The position numbers were made by a program, and so were the translations under genes. Under the pieces are notes generated by a model. It worked only from the letters and a program-made list of their open reading frames with translations. It ran no database searches and was not told the DNA's origin. A DNA stretch of 64,000 nt from an uncultured Holophagales bacterium (GTDB lineage Bacteria; Acidobacteriota; Thermoanaerobaculia; Multivoradales; UBA5704): positions 384,001 through 448,000 of the forward strand of contig CAWJGT010000003.1 of the NCBI GenBank assembly GCA_963842525.1, written 5' to 3'. Position 1 is the first letter of the stretch, and every line of letters starts with the position of its first letter. Below are positions 8,601-21,200 of the stretch, piece after piece.

Positions 8601-11600
8601 CGACCGACGGGCCCTCGCCGCGCAGGCGGCGATGCGACCGGAGACAGCGGGCCAGGAGGCGCCGCGCGGACCGGTCGAGGAGGTGATCGCCGGGCTCTTT
8701 GCGGAGGCCCTGGGACTGGACAGCGTGGGGAGCGAAGACGATTTCTTCGCGCTCGGCGGCCATTCGCTGCTCGCCTCCCGCCTGGTCTCCCAGGCGCGCG
8801 AGATCTTCCAAGCCGACCTGACGCTGCGGCGGTTCTTCGCGGCGCCGACGGTCGCCGGGCTCGCCGCCGCGGTCGATGAAGTCCTGGACGGGGCCGAGCG
8901 CCTCGCATCGTCTCTGGAGCCGGCGCCGCGCGGACCGGCACCGCCGCTCTCCTCGGCGCAGCGAAGGCTCTGGCTGCTCGGCCGGATTTGGCCGGGGAGC
9001 CCCACCTATAACATCCCTGCCGTCCTCCATTGCGCCGGCCGTCTGGAGACGGGCGCCCTGGCGGCGGCTCTCGACGGACTGCGGAGCCGCCATGAGGCGC
9101 TGCGCACCACCTTCCCCGAGGAGGCCGGCGGGCCCATCCAGCGCATCTCGCCGGCCGCCGCCCTGCCGCTGCCGCTCGTCGACCTCGCCGCGCTCGGCCC
9201 CTCCCGCGGCCCGGCCGAGGCGGAACGGCTGGCCGCCGCCGAGGCGCGCCGCCCGTTCGACCTCGCCGCCGGACCCCTGCTGCGCGCTCTGCTCCTGCGG
9301 CTCGGTGCCGGAGAGTATGGCGAGCACCGGCTGGCGCTGACGGTGCACCACATCGTGGCCGACGGCTGGTCGATGGGGGTCCTGCTGCGCGATCTGGCGG
9401 CCCTCTATGAGGCGGCCGTGACGGGCCGGCCCGCGCCGCTCCCGGCCCTCCCTGTCCAGCCTGCCGACGTCGCCTGGCTGGAGCGGGCCCGGCTGGCGGA
9501 CGAGCGCTTCGCTGCACGCGATCGCCTGGTGGGAGAGGCAGCTCGCGGGTGCGCCGGTGCTCCAGGTCCCCGCCGACCGGCCCCGCCCGGCCGTGCGCAG
9601 CCTGCAGGGGAGGACCTCGGTCCTGAACCTTCCGTCCGATCTCGTCGCGGCCGTCGCGGCGCTCGCCCGCCGGGAGCGTGCGACGCCCTTCGTGATCCTC
9701 CTCGCGGCGTTCCAGGCTTTGCTCTTCCGCACGACCGGCGAGGAGGACCTCGCGCTCGGCTCGGCCGTGGCGCAACGCGGGCGCGCCGAGCTCGAGCCCC
9801 TGGTCGGCCTGTTCCTGGAGACCGTGGTGCTGCGCACCGCCGTGGCCGGCGACCTGACCTTCCGCGAGCTGCTGGGCCGGGCGCGCCGTTGTGTCCTCGA
9901 CGCGTTCCACTATGCCGACGTCCCTTTCGAAAAGGTCGTCGATCGCCTGCGGCCTGAGCGCGGCCTCGGCCACAACCCGCTTTTCGAGGTCAGCTTCGCT
10001 GTGGAGCCGGATGTGCCGGACCGCCTGGACCTGCCGGGGCTGGTCCTCACGGCGCGGGGGAGCGAGACCGGGACGGCGAAGTTCGAGCTCGGCCTTTTCA
10101 TCCGCGAGTCGGCGGGACGGCTCACCGCCGCGCTGGAGCACAGCTCCGACCTCTTCGATGCGCCGACCGCTCTGCGGAAGCTGCGCCACTTCGTCCGCCT
10201 GCTCGCCGGTGCGGTCGCGGCGCCGGACGCGCGGCTCTCGGCCTTGCCGCTGCTCGACGAGGCCGAGCGCTTCCAGCTCCTGGCCGAATGGAACGACGTG
10301 CCGGGGGAGGCCTCGTCCGCCGGCTCCTGCCTGCACGAGGTGTTCGCGGCGCAGGCGGCGCGCACGCCCGACGCGCTGGCCGTGGTCGGCGGGACGGCAA
10401 GCCTGAGCTACGGTGAGCTCGCCGTGCGGTCCCGCGGGCTGGCGCGCTGCCTCCTCGCCCATGGCGCCGGCCCCGGAGCGCGCGTGGGCCTCTGGGCGGA
10501 GCGCTCCGTCGGGACGATCGTGGGCATCCTGGCGGCGCTGGAGGCAGGTGCGGCCTACGTCCCTCTCGACCCGGCCCATCCGACCGAGCGCCTCGCGCAC
10601 ATGGTCCGGGACAGCGGCCTGGCGGTGCTGCTGGCCCCGGAGGGCGCGGCGGAGGGGCTGCCCGATCTCGGGCTGGAGAGGATCTCCTTCCGCGGCTCCC
10701 CCGCCGCAGCCGGAGCCGCCCCTCCCATCCCCCGCGTCTGCCCGCAAAGCCCGGCCTACGTGCTCTATACGTCGGGCTCGACCGGCCGGCCGAAAGGGGT
10801 CTGCTGCCAGCACGCGGCGGTGGCCAGCCTGTTGCGCGACATGGAGCTCCGGCAGCCGCTGCGGCCGGGGGTCGCGTGCTCGCTGTTCACGAGCCTCTCC
10901 TTCGACGTCTCGGTCTACGAAATCTTTTCGGCCCTCCTCGCCGGCGGCCGGCTGGAGATTGTGCCGGATGCCGTGCGCGCCAGCGGCCATGCGGTCGCCG
11001 GCTGGCTGGCGGAACGCGCCGTCGAGAGCGCCTTCGTCCCGCCCACGCTGCTAGGCGACCTGGCGCGCGGGCTCGAGAACACTCCGGTCCCGTTGCGCCG
11101 CCTGCTCGTCGGCGTCGAGCCGATCCACGAGCCGCTGCTGGCCACCCTCGCCGATCACGTCCCGGAGCTGCGTATCTTCAACGGATACGGACCCACCGAG
11201 GCCACGATCTATGTCACCCTACACGAGGTCGGCAGCCGCCCGGTCCGCGACCGTCCGGCTCCCGTCGGCCGGCCGGTGCGCGGCAATCGGGTCTATCTGC
11301 TGGACCGCGGCCTGGAGCCGGTTCCAGTCGGTGTGCCGGGGAAGCTCTATGCGGCCGGCGCGGGCCTCGCCCAGGGCTACCTCGGGAAGCCGGAGCTGAC
11401 CGCCGAGCGGTTCCTCCCCGATCCCTTCCACGCCGCGGAAGGGGAGCGGATGTACCGCACTGGAGACCTGGCGCGCCGCCTGCCGGAGGGGGACGTCGAG
11501 ATCCTGGGCCGTCTCGACTTCCAAATCAAGATCCGCGGCGTGCGGGTCGAGCTCGGCGAGATCGAAGCGGCGTTGCACACGCACCCGGCGGTCGCGGAGG

Positions 11601-12223
11601 CCGTGGTCGCGACCCACGAGGCCGCGGCGGGCGGTCGCCGCCTGGCCGCCTACCTGGTTCCCGCGGCCGGGGCCGCGGACCGCGATCTCACCGCGGGCGA
11701 GCTGCGGCGATACCTGGCCGAGCGCCTGCCGGAGGCGATGGTCCCCGCCGCCTTCGTGACGCTGGCCGCCCTGCCGCTCACCCGCAACGGCAAGGTCGAC
11801 CGGCGCGCCCTGCCCGCTCCGGGCGCGGAGCGGCCGCACCTGGAGAGCGCCTACGTGGCGCCGCGGACGCCGGGCGAGCGGGCGATCGGCGCGGTCTGGC
11901 AGGCGGTGCTCGGACAGGAGCGCATCGGCATCCACGACAACTTCTTCGACCTGGGCGGCAACTCGCTGTTGCTCGTAGACATCGAGGGGCGCCTGCGGGA
12001 GGCGCTCGGCCGCGAGGTTCCCATCGCCGAGATCTTTCGCAACCCCACCATCCACGGCCTGGCGCGGGCGCTGGCGATCCAGGAGCGCGAGCCGGCCGGG
12101 ACGGTGGAGGCCGCGCCGCCGCGCACCGCCGAGGCCCGGGCCGACGGGAGCGCCGTCGACCGCCAGCGGCAGTTCCTGGAAGACATGAAGCGGCGGCGCG
12201 CGCAGCGGCGCGCCGGACGCTGA
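3671..12223 (+). CDS. Megasynthase 1: FAAL-ACP-C-A(Leu)-PCP-C-A(X1)-PCP, about 2849 aa after correcting three +1 frameshifts (~6061, ~6447, ~9516)
   Basis: FAAL motifs FLQYTSGSTSDPKG, CYGLAEATL, NHYPQDLE and PRTTSGKVQR. ACP GLDSL; C domains HHLVADFWS and HHIVADGWS; A1 code DAWFLGNVVK (Leu-type); A2 code DVYFLGGIYK; PCPs GGHSL and GGNSL. Stitched from ORFs starting at 3671, 5409, 5674 and 9557. Confidence 0.9.
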
Positions 12224-12247
12224 GTTGGAGAACGGACGAAGAAGGCA

Positions 12248-15200
12248 GTGCAGGAAGATCCAGAGAGCGCGGTCGAAGGGATCGCCGTCGTCGGCCTCGC
12301 GGGGCGCTTCCCGGGCGCGGACGATCCGGCCGAGCTGTGGCGCAACCTGTGCGGCGGCGTCGAGTCGATCACCTTCTACGCGCGCGAGGAGCTGGAGGCG
12401 GCGGGCGTCGATCCGGCGCTGCTCGACGATCCCCGCTACGTGCGGGCGAGCGGCGTCCTGCGCGACGTGCGGGGCTTCGACGCGGCCTTCTTCGGCTTCA
12501 GCCCGCGCGAGGCGGAGCTGATGGATCCGCAGATCCGCCTGTTCCTGGAGTGCTGCTGGGAAGCCTTGGAGGACGCGGGCTACGACACCGAGAGCTATGA
12601 CGGCAGCATCGGCGTCTTCGCCGGCATGGGGATGACCTCCTACCTGCTCCAGAACCTCCTCTCCCACCGCGACCGGATCGACGCCGCGGGGCCGCTCCAG
12701 GTCCGCATCCTGAACGACAGCAGCTTCCTGACGTCGCTGGCCGCCTTCAAGCTGGACCTGCGGGGGCCGAGCATCACGGTGCAGACCGCCTGCTCGAGCT
12801 CGCTGGTGGCGACCTGCCTCGCCAGCCAGAGCCTGCTGCATTTCCAGTGCGACGTGGCCCTGGCCGGCGGGGTCACCGTGGTCGTGCCGCATGCCGTGGG
12901 CTATCTGCCGCAGGAGAGCGTGATGTCGCCGGACGGCCACTGCCGCGCCTTCGACGCCGAGGCCCGCGGCACCGTGGAGGGGAGCGGCGCCGGCGTGGTG
13001 GTCCTGAAGCGGCTCTCCAACGCCCTGGCCGACGGCGACACCATCCACGCCGTCCTGCGCGGCTTTGCGACCAACAACGACGGCGCCGCCAGGGCGAGCT
13101 TCTCGGCGCCGAGCCTGGCCGGCCAGGCCGAGACCATCGCCATGGCGCAGGCGGTGGCCGGGCTCCCGGTCGAATCGATCACCTATGTCGAGGCGCACGG
13201 CACCGGCACGCCGCTCGGCGATCCGGTCGAGGTAGCCGCCCTCGCGGAGGTCTTCGCGGCCGCCACCGACCGCCGGGGCTTTTGCGCCCTGGGCTCGATC
13301 AAGACCAACATCGGCCATCTCGACACCGCTGCCGGGGTTGCGGGTCTGATCAAGACCGTCCTGGCGGTGGAGCACGGGGTGTTGCCTCCCAGCCTGCACT
13401 TCCGGACGCCCAACCCGCGCATCGACTTCGCCCGCAGCGCCTTCTACGTCAACACCGAGTGCCGGGAGTGGCGCCCGCAGGGCTGGCCGCGGCGCGCCGG
13501 GGTCAGCTCGTTCGGGATGGGCGGCGTCAACGCCCACGTCATCCTGGAGGAGCCGCCCGCATCGGAGCCCGGCGACCCGGCCCCGTCGAGCCAGCTTCTG
13601 GTGCTGTCGGCCCGCACGGAGACGGCGCTGGAGGTGGTCACCGAGCGCCTGCTCGGCCGCCTGCGGGAGCCCCTGCAGGCGATGAACATCGCGAACATCG
13701 CGGACATCGCATACACCCTGCAGGTGGGGCGTCGCGCCTTCCGCCATCGCCGCACCCTCGTCTGCCGCGACCGTGAGGAGGCGATCGCCATCCTGGAGTC
13801 GCGCGATCCGCGCCGGTTGCTCGGCGGCCGGGCCTCCGCCGACGCGCCGCAGGTCGCCTTCCTGTTCCCGGGCCTGGGCAATCAGTACGCCGGCATGGCG
13901 CGCGACCTCTACCGCGAAGACGCCGGGTTTCGCGAGCGGATCGACGACAGCGCGTCGCGCCTCCTGCCGCTCCTGGGCCTCGATCTGCGGCAGGAGCTGT
14001 ACCCGGAGGGAGACGAGGAGGAAAGGACGGCTCCCGGGATCGACCTGCGCGGCCTGCTCGGCCGGTCCGGGGATACGGAGGCAGCGGGGCGGCTGCGGCG
14101 GACCGCTCTCTCCCAGCCCGCGGTCTTCGTCGTCGAGCACGCGCTGGCCTGCCGTCTCATGGACTGGGGGATCGTGCCCCAGGCGATGCTCGGCTTCAGC
14201 CTCGGCGAGTACGTCGCGGCCTGCCTCGCAGGTGTACTGTCGCTCGATGACGCCCTGCGCCTGGTCGCCGGGAGGGCGCGGCTGATCGACGAGCTGCCGC
14301 CCGGGGCGATGCTGGCCGTGCCCGCCGGCCCGGAGGGCATCGCGCCCTGGCTCGCCGGCGGGCTCTCGCTCGCCGCGGTCGCCGGGCCGGCGCTCTCGGT
14401 GCTCGCGGGTCCTGAGGCGGCGATCGCCGCATTGGAAGGACAACTGGCCGCCGCGGGGCAGGTCTGCCGCCGCCTCCAGACCTCCCACGCCTTCCATTCG
14501 ACCCTGATGCAGCCGATCGCCGGCCGCTTCCGCGACCTCTTCGCGTTCGCAAACATCGAGCTCAAGCCGCCGCAGATCCCCTACCTCTCCAACGTCACCG
14601 GAACCTGGATCACGGACGAGCAGGCGACCGACCCCGGCTATTGGGTGGAGCACCTGCTTGGCACGGTGCGCTTCGCGGACGCCGTCGACGAGCTGTGGCG
14701 CGAGCCCGGCCGCACCCTGCTGGAGGTTGGCCCGGGACAGACCCTGGGCTCCTGGGCGCTCCAGCACCCGGCCGCCGCCGCAGTGACCGATCCGGTGGCG
14801 CTGCCGACCCTGCGGCACGCCTTCGAGCGCCAGGACGATTTTGCCTTCCTCCTCCAGACCCTGGGACGGCTGTGGCTCACCGGCGTGCGCGTCGACTGGC
14901 CGGCGCTGTGGGCAGGGCAGAGGCGGCGCCGCGTACCGCTGCCGACCTATCCGTTCGAGCGCCAGCCCTACTGGATCGCGCCGCGCGACGGAAGGATCGC
15001 GCCGGCTCTCGCACCCCAGGCACCCCAGGCACCCCTGGAACCCCTGACAGTCACTGCGCCGCGTCCGGACGAGCGCGGCGGTCCGGCCGTCCGGCCGCCG
15101 GCCGCACAGCGCTCCGGCAGCTATCCCCGGCCGAGCCTCCACGTGCCGTACGCGCCGCCGCGCTCGGAGACGGAGCGGCGGCTGGTGGAGGCCCTGGGCG

Positions 15201-18200
15201 AGGTCCTCCGCGTCGAGCCGGTGGGCCTGCACGACAGCTTTTTCGACCTTGGCGGCGACTCCCTCCTGGCTTCGACCCTGGTGGCCCGCCTGGGGCGGGC
15301 CTTCGGCGTCGAGCTGACGTTGCGCACCGTCTTCGAGGCGCCGACCGCCGCGGAGCTGGCCGCGGCGATCACGGCGCGCCGGGACGGAGGAGAAGCGCCG
15401 ATCCTCCCGGTGCCGCGCACCGGCGAGGCGCCGCTCTCCTTCGCCCAGCAGCGGCTCTGGTTCCTCGCCCAGCTCGAGCCGGAGAGCGCGGCCTACAACG
15501 TCCCTCTCGCCGTGCGGCTGGACGGTGCTCTGGACCGGGCCGCCTTCGCCGCCGCCCTCGGCGGCCTCGTGGAGCGTCACGAGGTGCTGCGCACGACGTT
15601 CCCGGCCGTGGCGGGCGAGCCGGTGCAGAGGATCGCCCCGAGGTCGACCAGCGGTGGCCCCCTGGAGCCGCCGCTGGTCGACCTCGGGGCGCTGCCGGCG
15701 CCCGAGGCGGAGGCCCGCCGGCTGTCCGTGGAGGAAGCGCTGCGCCCGTTCGACGTGGCGTGCGGGCCGCTCCTGCGCACCACGCTGCTGCGGCTGGGAG
15801 CGGACGCCCACATCGTGCTGTTCTCCAGGCACCACATCATCTCCGACGGGTGGTCGAGCGGCGTGCTGGTCCGCGAGCTGGCGGCCCTCTATGCGGCCGC
15901 CCGCGAGGGGCGTCCCTCGCCCCTGCCGCCCCTGCCTGTGCAGTACGCCGACTTCGCGGTCTGGCAGCGGCAGTGGATGGCCGGCGAAGCCCTGGAGCCT
16001 CTGCTCGCCTTCTGGCGGCAGCGGCTGGCCGGCGCGCCGGCCGTCCTGGAGCTGCCGGCGGACCGTCCGCGGCCGGCGGTCGCCACCGGCCGGGGCGGCC
16101 TGCGCACGGGGCGTATCCCGGGCGGGCTCGCCGAGGCTCTCGCGGCGCTCGGCCGGCGCCAGGGGCTCACCCTGTTCATGACCCTGCTCGCCGTCTGGGA
16201 CGCCCTGCTCTACCGGCTGACCGGCCAGACGGACCTGGTCGTCGGAATACCGATCGCCAACCGTACCCGGGTGGAGATCCAGGGGCTGATCGGCTTCTTC
16301 ACCAACACCCTGGCTCTGCGCACGCGGCTGTCGCCCGGCGCGGGATTCCTGGAGCTGGCCCCGGGGGTGCGCGAGGAGGCGCTGGAGGCGTTCGCCCACC
16401 AGGACCTGCCGTTCGAGCGGCTGGTCGAGGAGCTCGCTCCGCAGCGGAGCCTGGCGCACACCCCCCTGTTCCAGGTGATGTTCGCATTGCAGAACCTGCC
16501 CTTCGGGGGGCTTGCCATGCCGGGCCTCTCGCTGACTCTCCTGGCGCCGGAGCAGGGGACCAGCAAGTTCGACCTCAGCCTGTTCCTGGTCGAGGAGGAC
16601 GGCGGCCTGTTCGCGACCCTCGAATTCGCCTCCGACCTCTTCGACGCGACGACCGCGGAGAGGATCCTGGAGCGCTTCCGGGCTTTACTGGAGGAGGTGG
16701 AGGCCGCTCCGGAGCGGAGCCTGGACGATCTGTCCCTGCTGCTGCCGGCCGAGCGGCATCAGATCCTCGCCGAATGGAACGACGTCCCCGCCTGGGACGG
16801 CTCCCCGTGTGTCCACCGCCTGGTCGAGGCGCAGGCGCGGCGGACGCCGGACGCCACCGCCGTTCTGGCGGCGGACGGGACGGAGCTCTCCTACCGGGAG
16901 CTCGACCGGCTGGCCGACCGGCTGGCGCGCCGGTTGCGGGAGCTGGGTGTGCGGCCGGACGACCGCGTCGGCGTCTGCCTGGAGCGGAGCTGGGAGGGGG
17001 TGGCGGCGCTGCTCGCCGTGCTCAAGGCCGGGGGCTGCTACCTGCCGCTCGATCCGGCCTATCCCGAGGAGCGACTGGCCTTCATGCGTGCCGACGCCGC
17101 GGCGCGGGTGATCGTTACGCGCGAGTCCCTCGATGGAGCGTGGCCGGATGGGGAGAGCGGAGGAGATCTTCCCGTGGTCGGCCCCGACCACCTGTGCTAC
17201 GTCATCTACACCTCCGGCTCGACCGGCCGGCCCAAAGGGGTCGCCCTGCCGCACCGCACGCTGGCGAACCTGATCGCCTGGCAGATCGGCGCCTCGGCCG
17301 TGCCGGCCGGCCGGACCCTGCAGTTCGCCTCGCCGAGCTTCGACGTGTCGGTCCAGGAGGTCTTCGCCACCTGGGCCGCGGGGGGCACGCTGGTCCTGGT
17401 GCCCGAAGAGGTGCGCAGCGACGCCGAGGCCCTGCTGCGCCGGCTGCGCGAGGCCCGCGTCGAGCGCCTGTTCCTGCCGTTCGTGGCGCTCCAGCAGCTC
17501 GCCGAGGCTGCCGCCGGCGATAGTGGCGAGCTGCCCCTGCGGGAGGTCGTCGCGGCCGGCGAGCAGCTCCAGATCACCCCCGAGGTGAGGGCGCTCTTCG
17601 CGCGCCTGCCCGGCTGCGTGCTGCGCAACCAGTACGGCCCCTCCGAGACCCACGTGGTCACCGAGGCCTCGCTGTGGAACGACCGGCCTGGCGCGGTGGC
17701 AGCGTGGCCGGCCCTGCCGGCGATCGGACGGCCGATCGCCGCCACCGCGGTGCGGCTCCTCGACCCGCGCGACGAGCCGGTGCCGATCGGCGTCCCGGGA
17801 GAGGTCTGCCTCGGCGGTGCCGGTGTCGCGCGCGGCTACCTGGGCCGCCCCGACCTGACGGCCGAGCGGTTCGTCCCCGATCCATGGCAACGTGGCGGCC
17901 GGCTCTACCGGACGGGGGACCTGGGGCGCTTCCGGCCGGATGGCGAGGTCGAGCTCCTGGGCCGGATCGATTACCAGGTGAAGATCCGCGGCTACCGCGT
18001 GGAGCTCGGGGAGATCGAGGCCGCGCTCGCAGCGCACCCGGCCGTGCGAGAGGCCGTGGTGGTGGCCCGCGGCGACGGCGCCGGGAAGCGCCTGGTGGCC
18101 TGCATCGTGGCGGACGCCGGGGTGCAGGCCCTGCGCGACCCGCTGCGGGAGCATCTGCGGCAGCGTCTGCCGGACTACATGGTGCCGGCGGCCTTCGTGG

Positions 18201-21200
18201 CGGTCGAGAGCTTCCCGCTGACGCCGAGCGGCAAGGTCGACCGGCAGGCCCTGGCCCTGGGCGGCGAAGAGCCGGGGGACGCCACAGCCGGAGCCGACGC
18301 CCCGCGCACGCCCGTGGAGGAGCTGCTGGCCGGGATCTGGGCCGAGGTCCTGGGGCTCGCCGCCGTGGGTGTGCGCGACAGCTTCTTCGAGCTCGGCGGC
18401 CACTCGCTGCTGGCCACCCGGGTGGTCTCCCGGGTGCGGTCCGCGTGCGGCGTCGAGCTGCCGTTGCGGGCCCTGTTCGAGAGCCCGACCGTCGAACGGC
18501 TCGCCCGGACAGTCGAGGCCGCTCTGGGCTCCGCTGCGGCCCCGGCGCCGCCGATCGTGCCGGTCTCGCGGGGCGTTGATCCGCCGCTGTCGTTCGCGCA
18601 GCAGCGCCTCTGGTTCCTCGACCAGCTCGAGCCTGGCAGCGCGGCGTACAACATCGCCGGCGCGGTGCGCCTGCGCGGCGCACTCGAGGTGCCGGCCTTC
18701 GCCGCGAGCCTCGCCGCGGTGGCGGATCGCCACGAGGTGCTGCGCACCACCTTCGCGGCCGAGGCGGGGGAGCCCTTCCAACGCATCTGCCCGAGCGGCT
18801 CCTGGCCCCTGGTGGTGGTCGACCTGACCGGCCTGCCGGAGGCCGGATGCGCGGAGGCGGTCAGCCGCCTGGCAGCGGCGGAGGCGCTACGCCCGTTCGA
18901 CCTGGCCGCCGGGCCGCTCGTCCGCGCCACCCTGCTGCGCCTCGGCGCCGGAGAGCACCTGGTGCTCCTCACGATGCACCATATCGTCTCCGACGGCTGG
19001 TCCATCGGCGTCCTGGTCCGCGAGCTCTCGGCGCTCTATGGGGTGTTCACAGCCGGCCTCGCCCATCCGTTGCCGCCGCTGCCGGTCCAGTACGCCGACT
19101 TCGCGGTCTGGCAGCGGGGCTGGCTCCGCGGCGAGGCCCTGGAGACCCAGCTCGCCTTCTGGCGGCAGCGGCTGGCCGGCGCTCCGCACCTCCTGGAGCT
19201 GCCGGCCGACCGGCCGCGGCCGGCGGTGCCCGGCACGCGGTCCGGTGTCCGCCTGGGCCGCCTGCCCGGCCAGCTCACCGCCTCCCTCGCGGCGCTCGAC
19301 CGCAGCGAGCAAGCGACCGTCTTCATGGGCCTGTTCGCCGCCTGGGGCTCCCTGCTCTCCCGGTGGACGGGACAGGAGGACCTGGTCGTCGGCACCCCCA
19401 TCGCCAACCGCAACCGGGCGGAGATCGAGCACCTGATCGGTTTCTTCGTCAACACGCTCGCTCTGCGCGTCGACCTGTCGGGAGATCCAGGCTTCGCCGA
19501 GCTGCTCGGCCGGGTTCGCGAGACGACGCTCGCCGCTTATGCGCACCAGGACCTGCCGTTCGAGAGGCTGGTCGAGGAGCTCGCACCGGAACGGGCGCTC
19601 GGCCACACACCCCTGTTCCAGGTGATGCTGGTACTGCAGAACGCGCCCGCGCCGGAACTGGACCTGCCTTGGCTGACGCTCGAGCCACTCCGCGAGCTGC
19701 CGGGCGGGGAAGGCGCGGCCAAGCTCGACCTGACGCTGTCGCTCGCGCCGGCCGGAGACGAGCTGGCCGTCTCTCTCGTCTTCCGGCGCGAGCTGTTCGA
19801 CGGCACAACGGCCGAGCGGCTGCTGGGACACTTCGGCAACCTGCTGGCGGCCGCAGCTCTCGATCCGTCGCGGCCCGTCGCGGAGTTACCTCTCGTCTCC
19901 GCGGCCGAGGGCGCGCAGGTGCTCTGGGAATGGAACGACACCGGCGTTTCGCGGTCCGGGCTCTGCCTGCACGAGCTGTTCACGGCCCAGGCCGCGCGGA
20001 CGCCGGACGCCGTGGCGGTGGAGAGCGACGGAGAGAGCCTGAGCTACGGCGAGCTGGCGGACCGGGCTGGCCGGCTGGCCGGCCGCCTCCGCGCCCTGGG
20101 GGTCGGAACGGACGTGCCGGTCGGCGTCTGTGTCCACAGGTCCGGCGCGATGGTGACCGCCCTGCTCGCCGTGCTGAAGGCCGGCGGCGCCTACGTGCCC
20201 CTCGATCCCGAGTTGCCGCGGGAACGGCTCGCCTGGCTCCTCGCCGACAGCCGCGCGCCGGTCGTCCTGACGCGCGCCGCGCTCGCCGGACACCTGGAGG
20301 CCGTCGGGGCGGGCCGTGTGCTCGGCCTCGACGACCTGGAGCCGGCCGCGACGCCGGAGGAAGTTTCCGGCCGCACGGGAGATCCGGAGAGCCTGGCCTG
20401 CATCCTCTACACCTCCGGGTCGACGGGCCGCCCCAAGGGTGTCATGGCCCCGCACGCGGGCCTGGTCAACCGTCTGCTCTGGGCCCAGGAGGAATATCCG
20501 CTCGGCCCTGGCGACCGGGTGCTGCAGAGCGCCGCCTTCGGCTTCGACTTTGCCCTGTGGGAGATCTTCGCTCCTCTCCTCGCCGGCGCCCGCGTGGTGC
20601 TGGCGCGCCCGGGCGGGCACCGGGACAGCGCCTACCTGGTGGATCTCATCGCCCGCCGGGACGTCACCGTGGCGCACTTCGTCCCCTCCATGCTGCGCGT
20701 CGTCCTGGACGAGGAGGAGGTCAAGGGCTGCCGCGCCCTGCGACTGGCCTTCTCGGGCGGCGAGCCTCTGCCCTTAGAGCTGCGGGAGCGTTTCTTCCAC
20801 CGCCTGCCCGCTGCCGAGCTGCACAACCAGTACGGCCCGACCGAGGCCTCGATCGACGTCACCCACTGGCTCTGCCGCCCGGGCGAAGGTCCGGGAGCGG
20901 TGCCCATCGGCCGGCCGGTCGACAACACCCGGATCCTGCTGCTGGACCGCCGATTGCGGCCGGTCCCCGGCGGCGTCGCCGGCGAGCTGTGCGTCGGCGG
21001 CATGAGCCTGGCGCGCGGCTATCTGGACCGACCCGGGCTGACGGCCGAGCGGTTCGTACCCGATCCGTGGAGCCCGCAGCCAGGCGGCCGCCTGTACCGG
21101 ACGGGCGATCTGGCGCGCTTCCGGGCCGACGGCGCCCTGGAGCACCTGGGCCGTCTCGACCACCAGGTCAAGGTGCGCGGCATCCGCGTCGAGCCGGGAG

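Noticed and set aside
14180-14215. AT1 motif GFSLG suggesting an inactive AT
   Set aside because: The catalytic Ser and the HAFH His are retained, and variation at the residue before the Ser is tolerated.
13684-15046. 9-bp tandem repeats at 13684-13710 (NIANIADIA) and 15011-15046 ([12 protein letters not shown])
   Set aside because: In-frame slippage expansions in linker regions, with no sign of phase variation.
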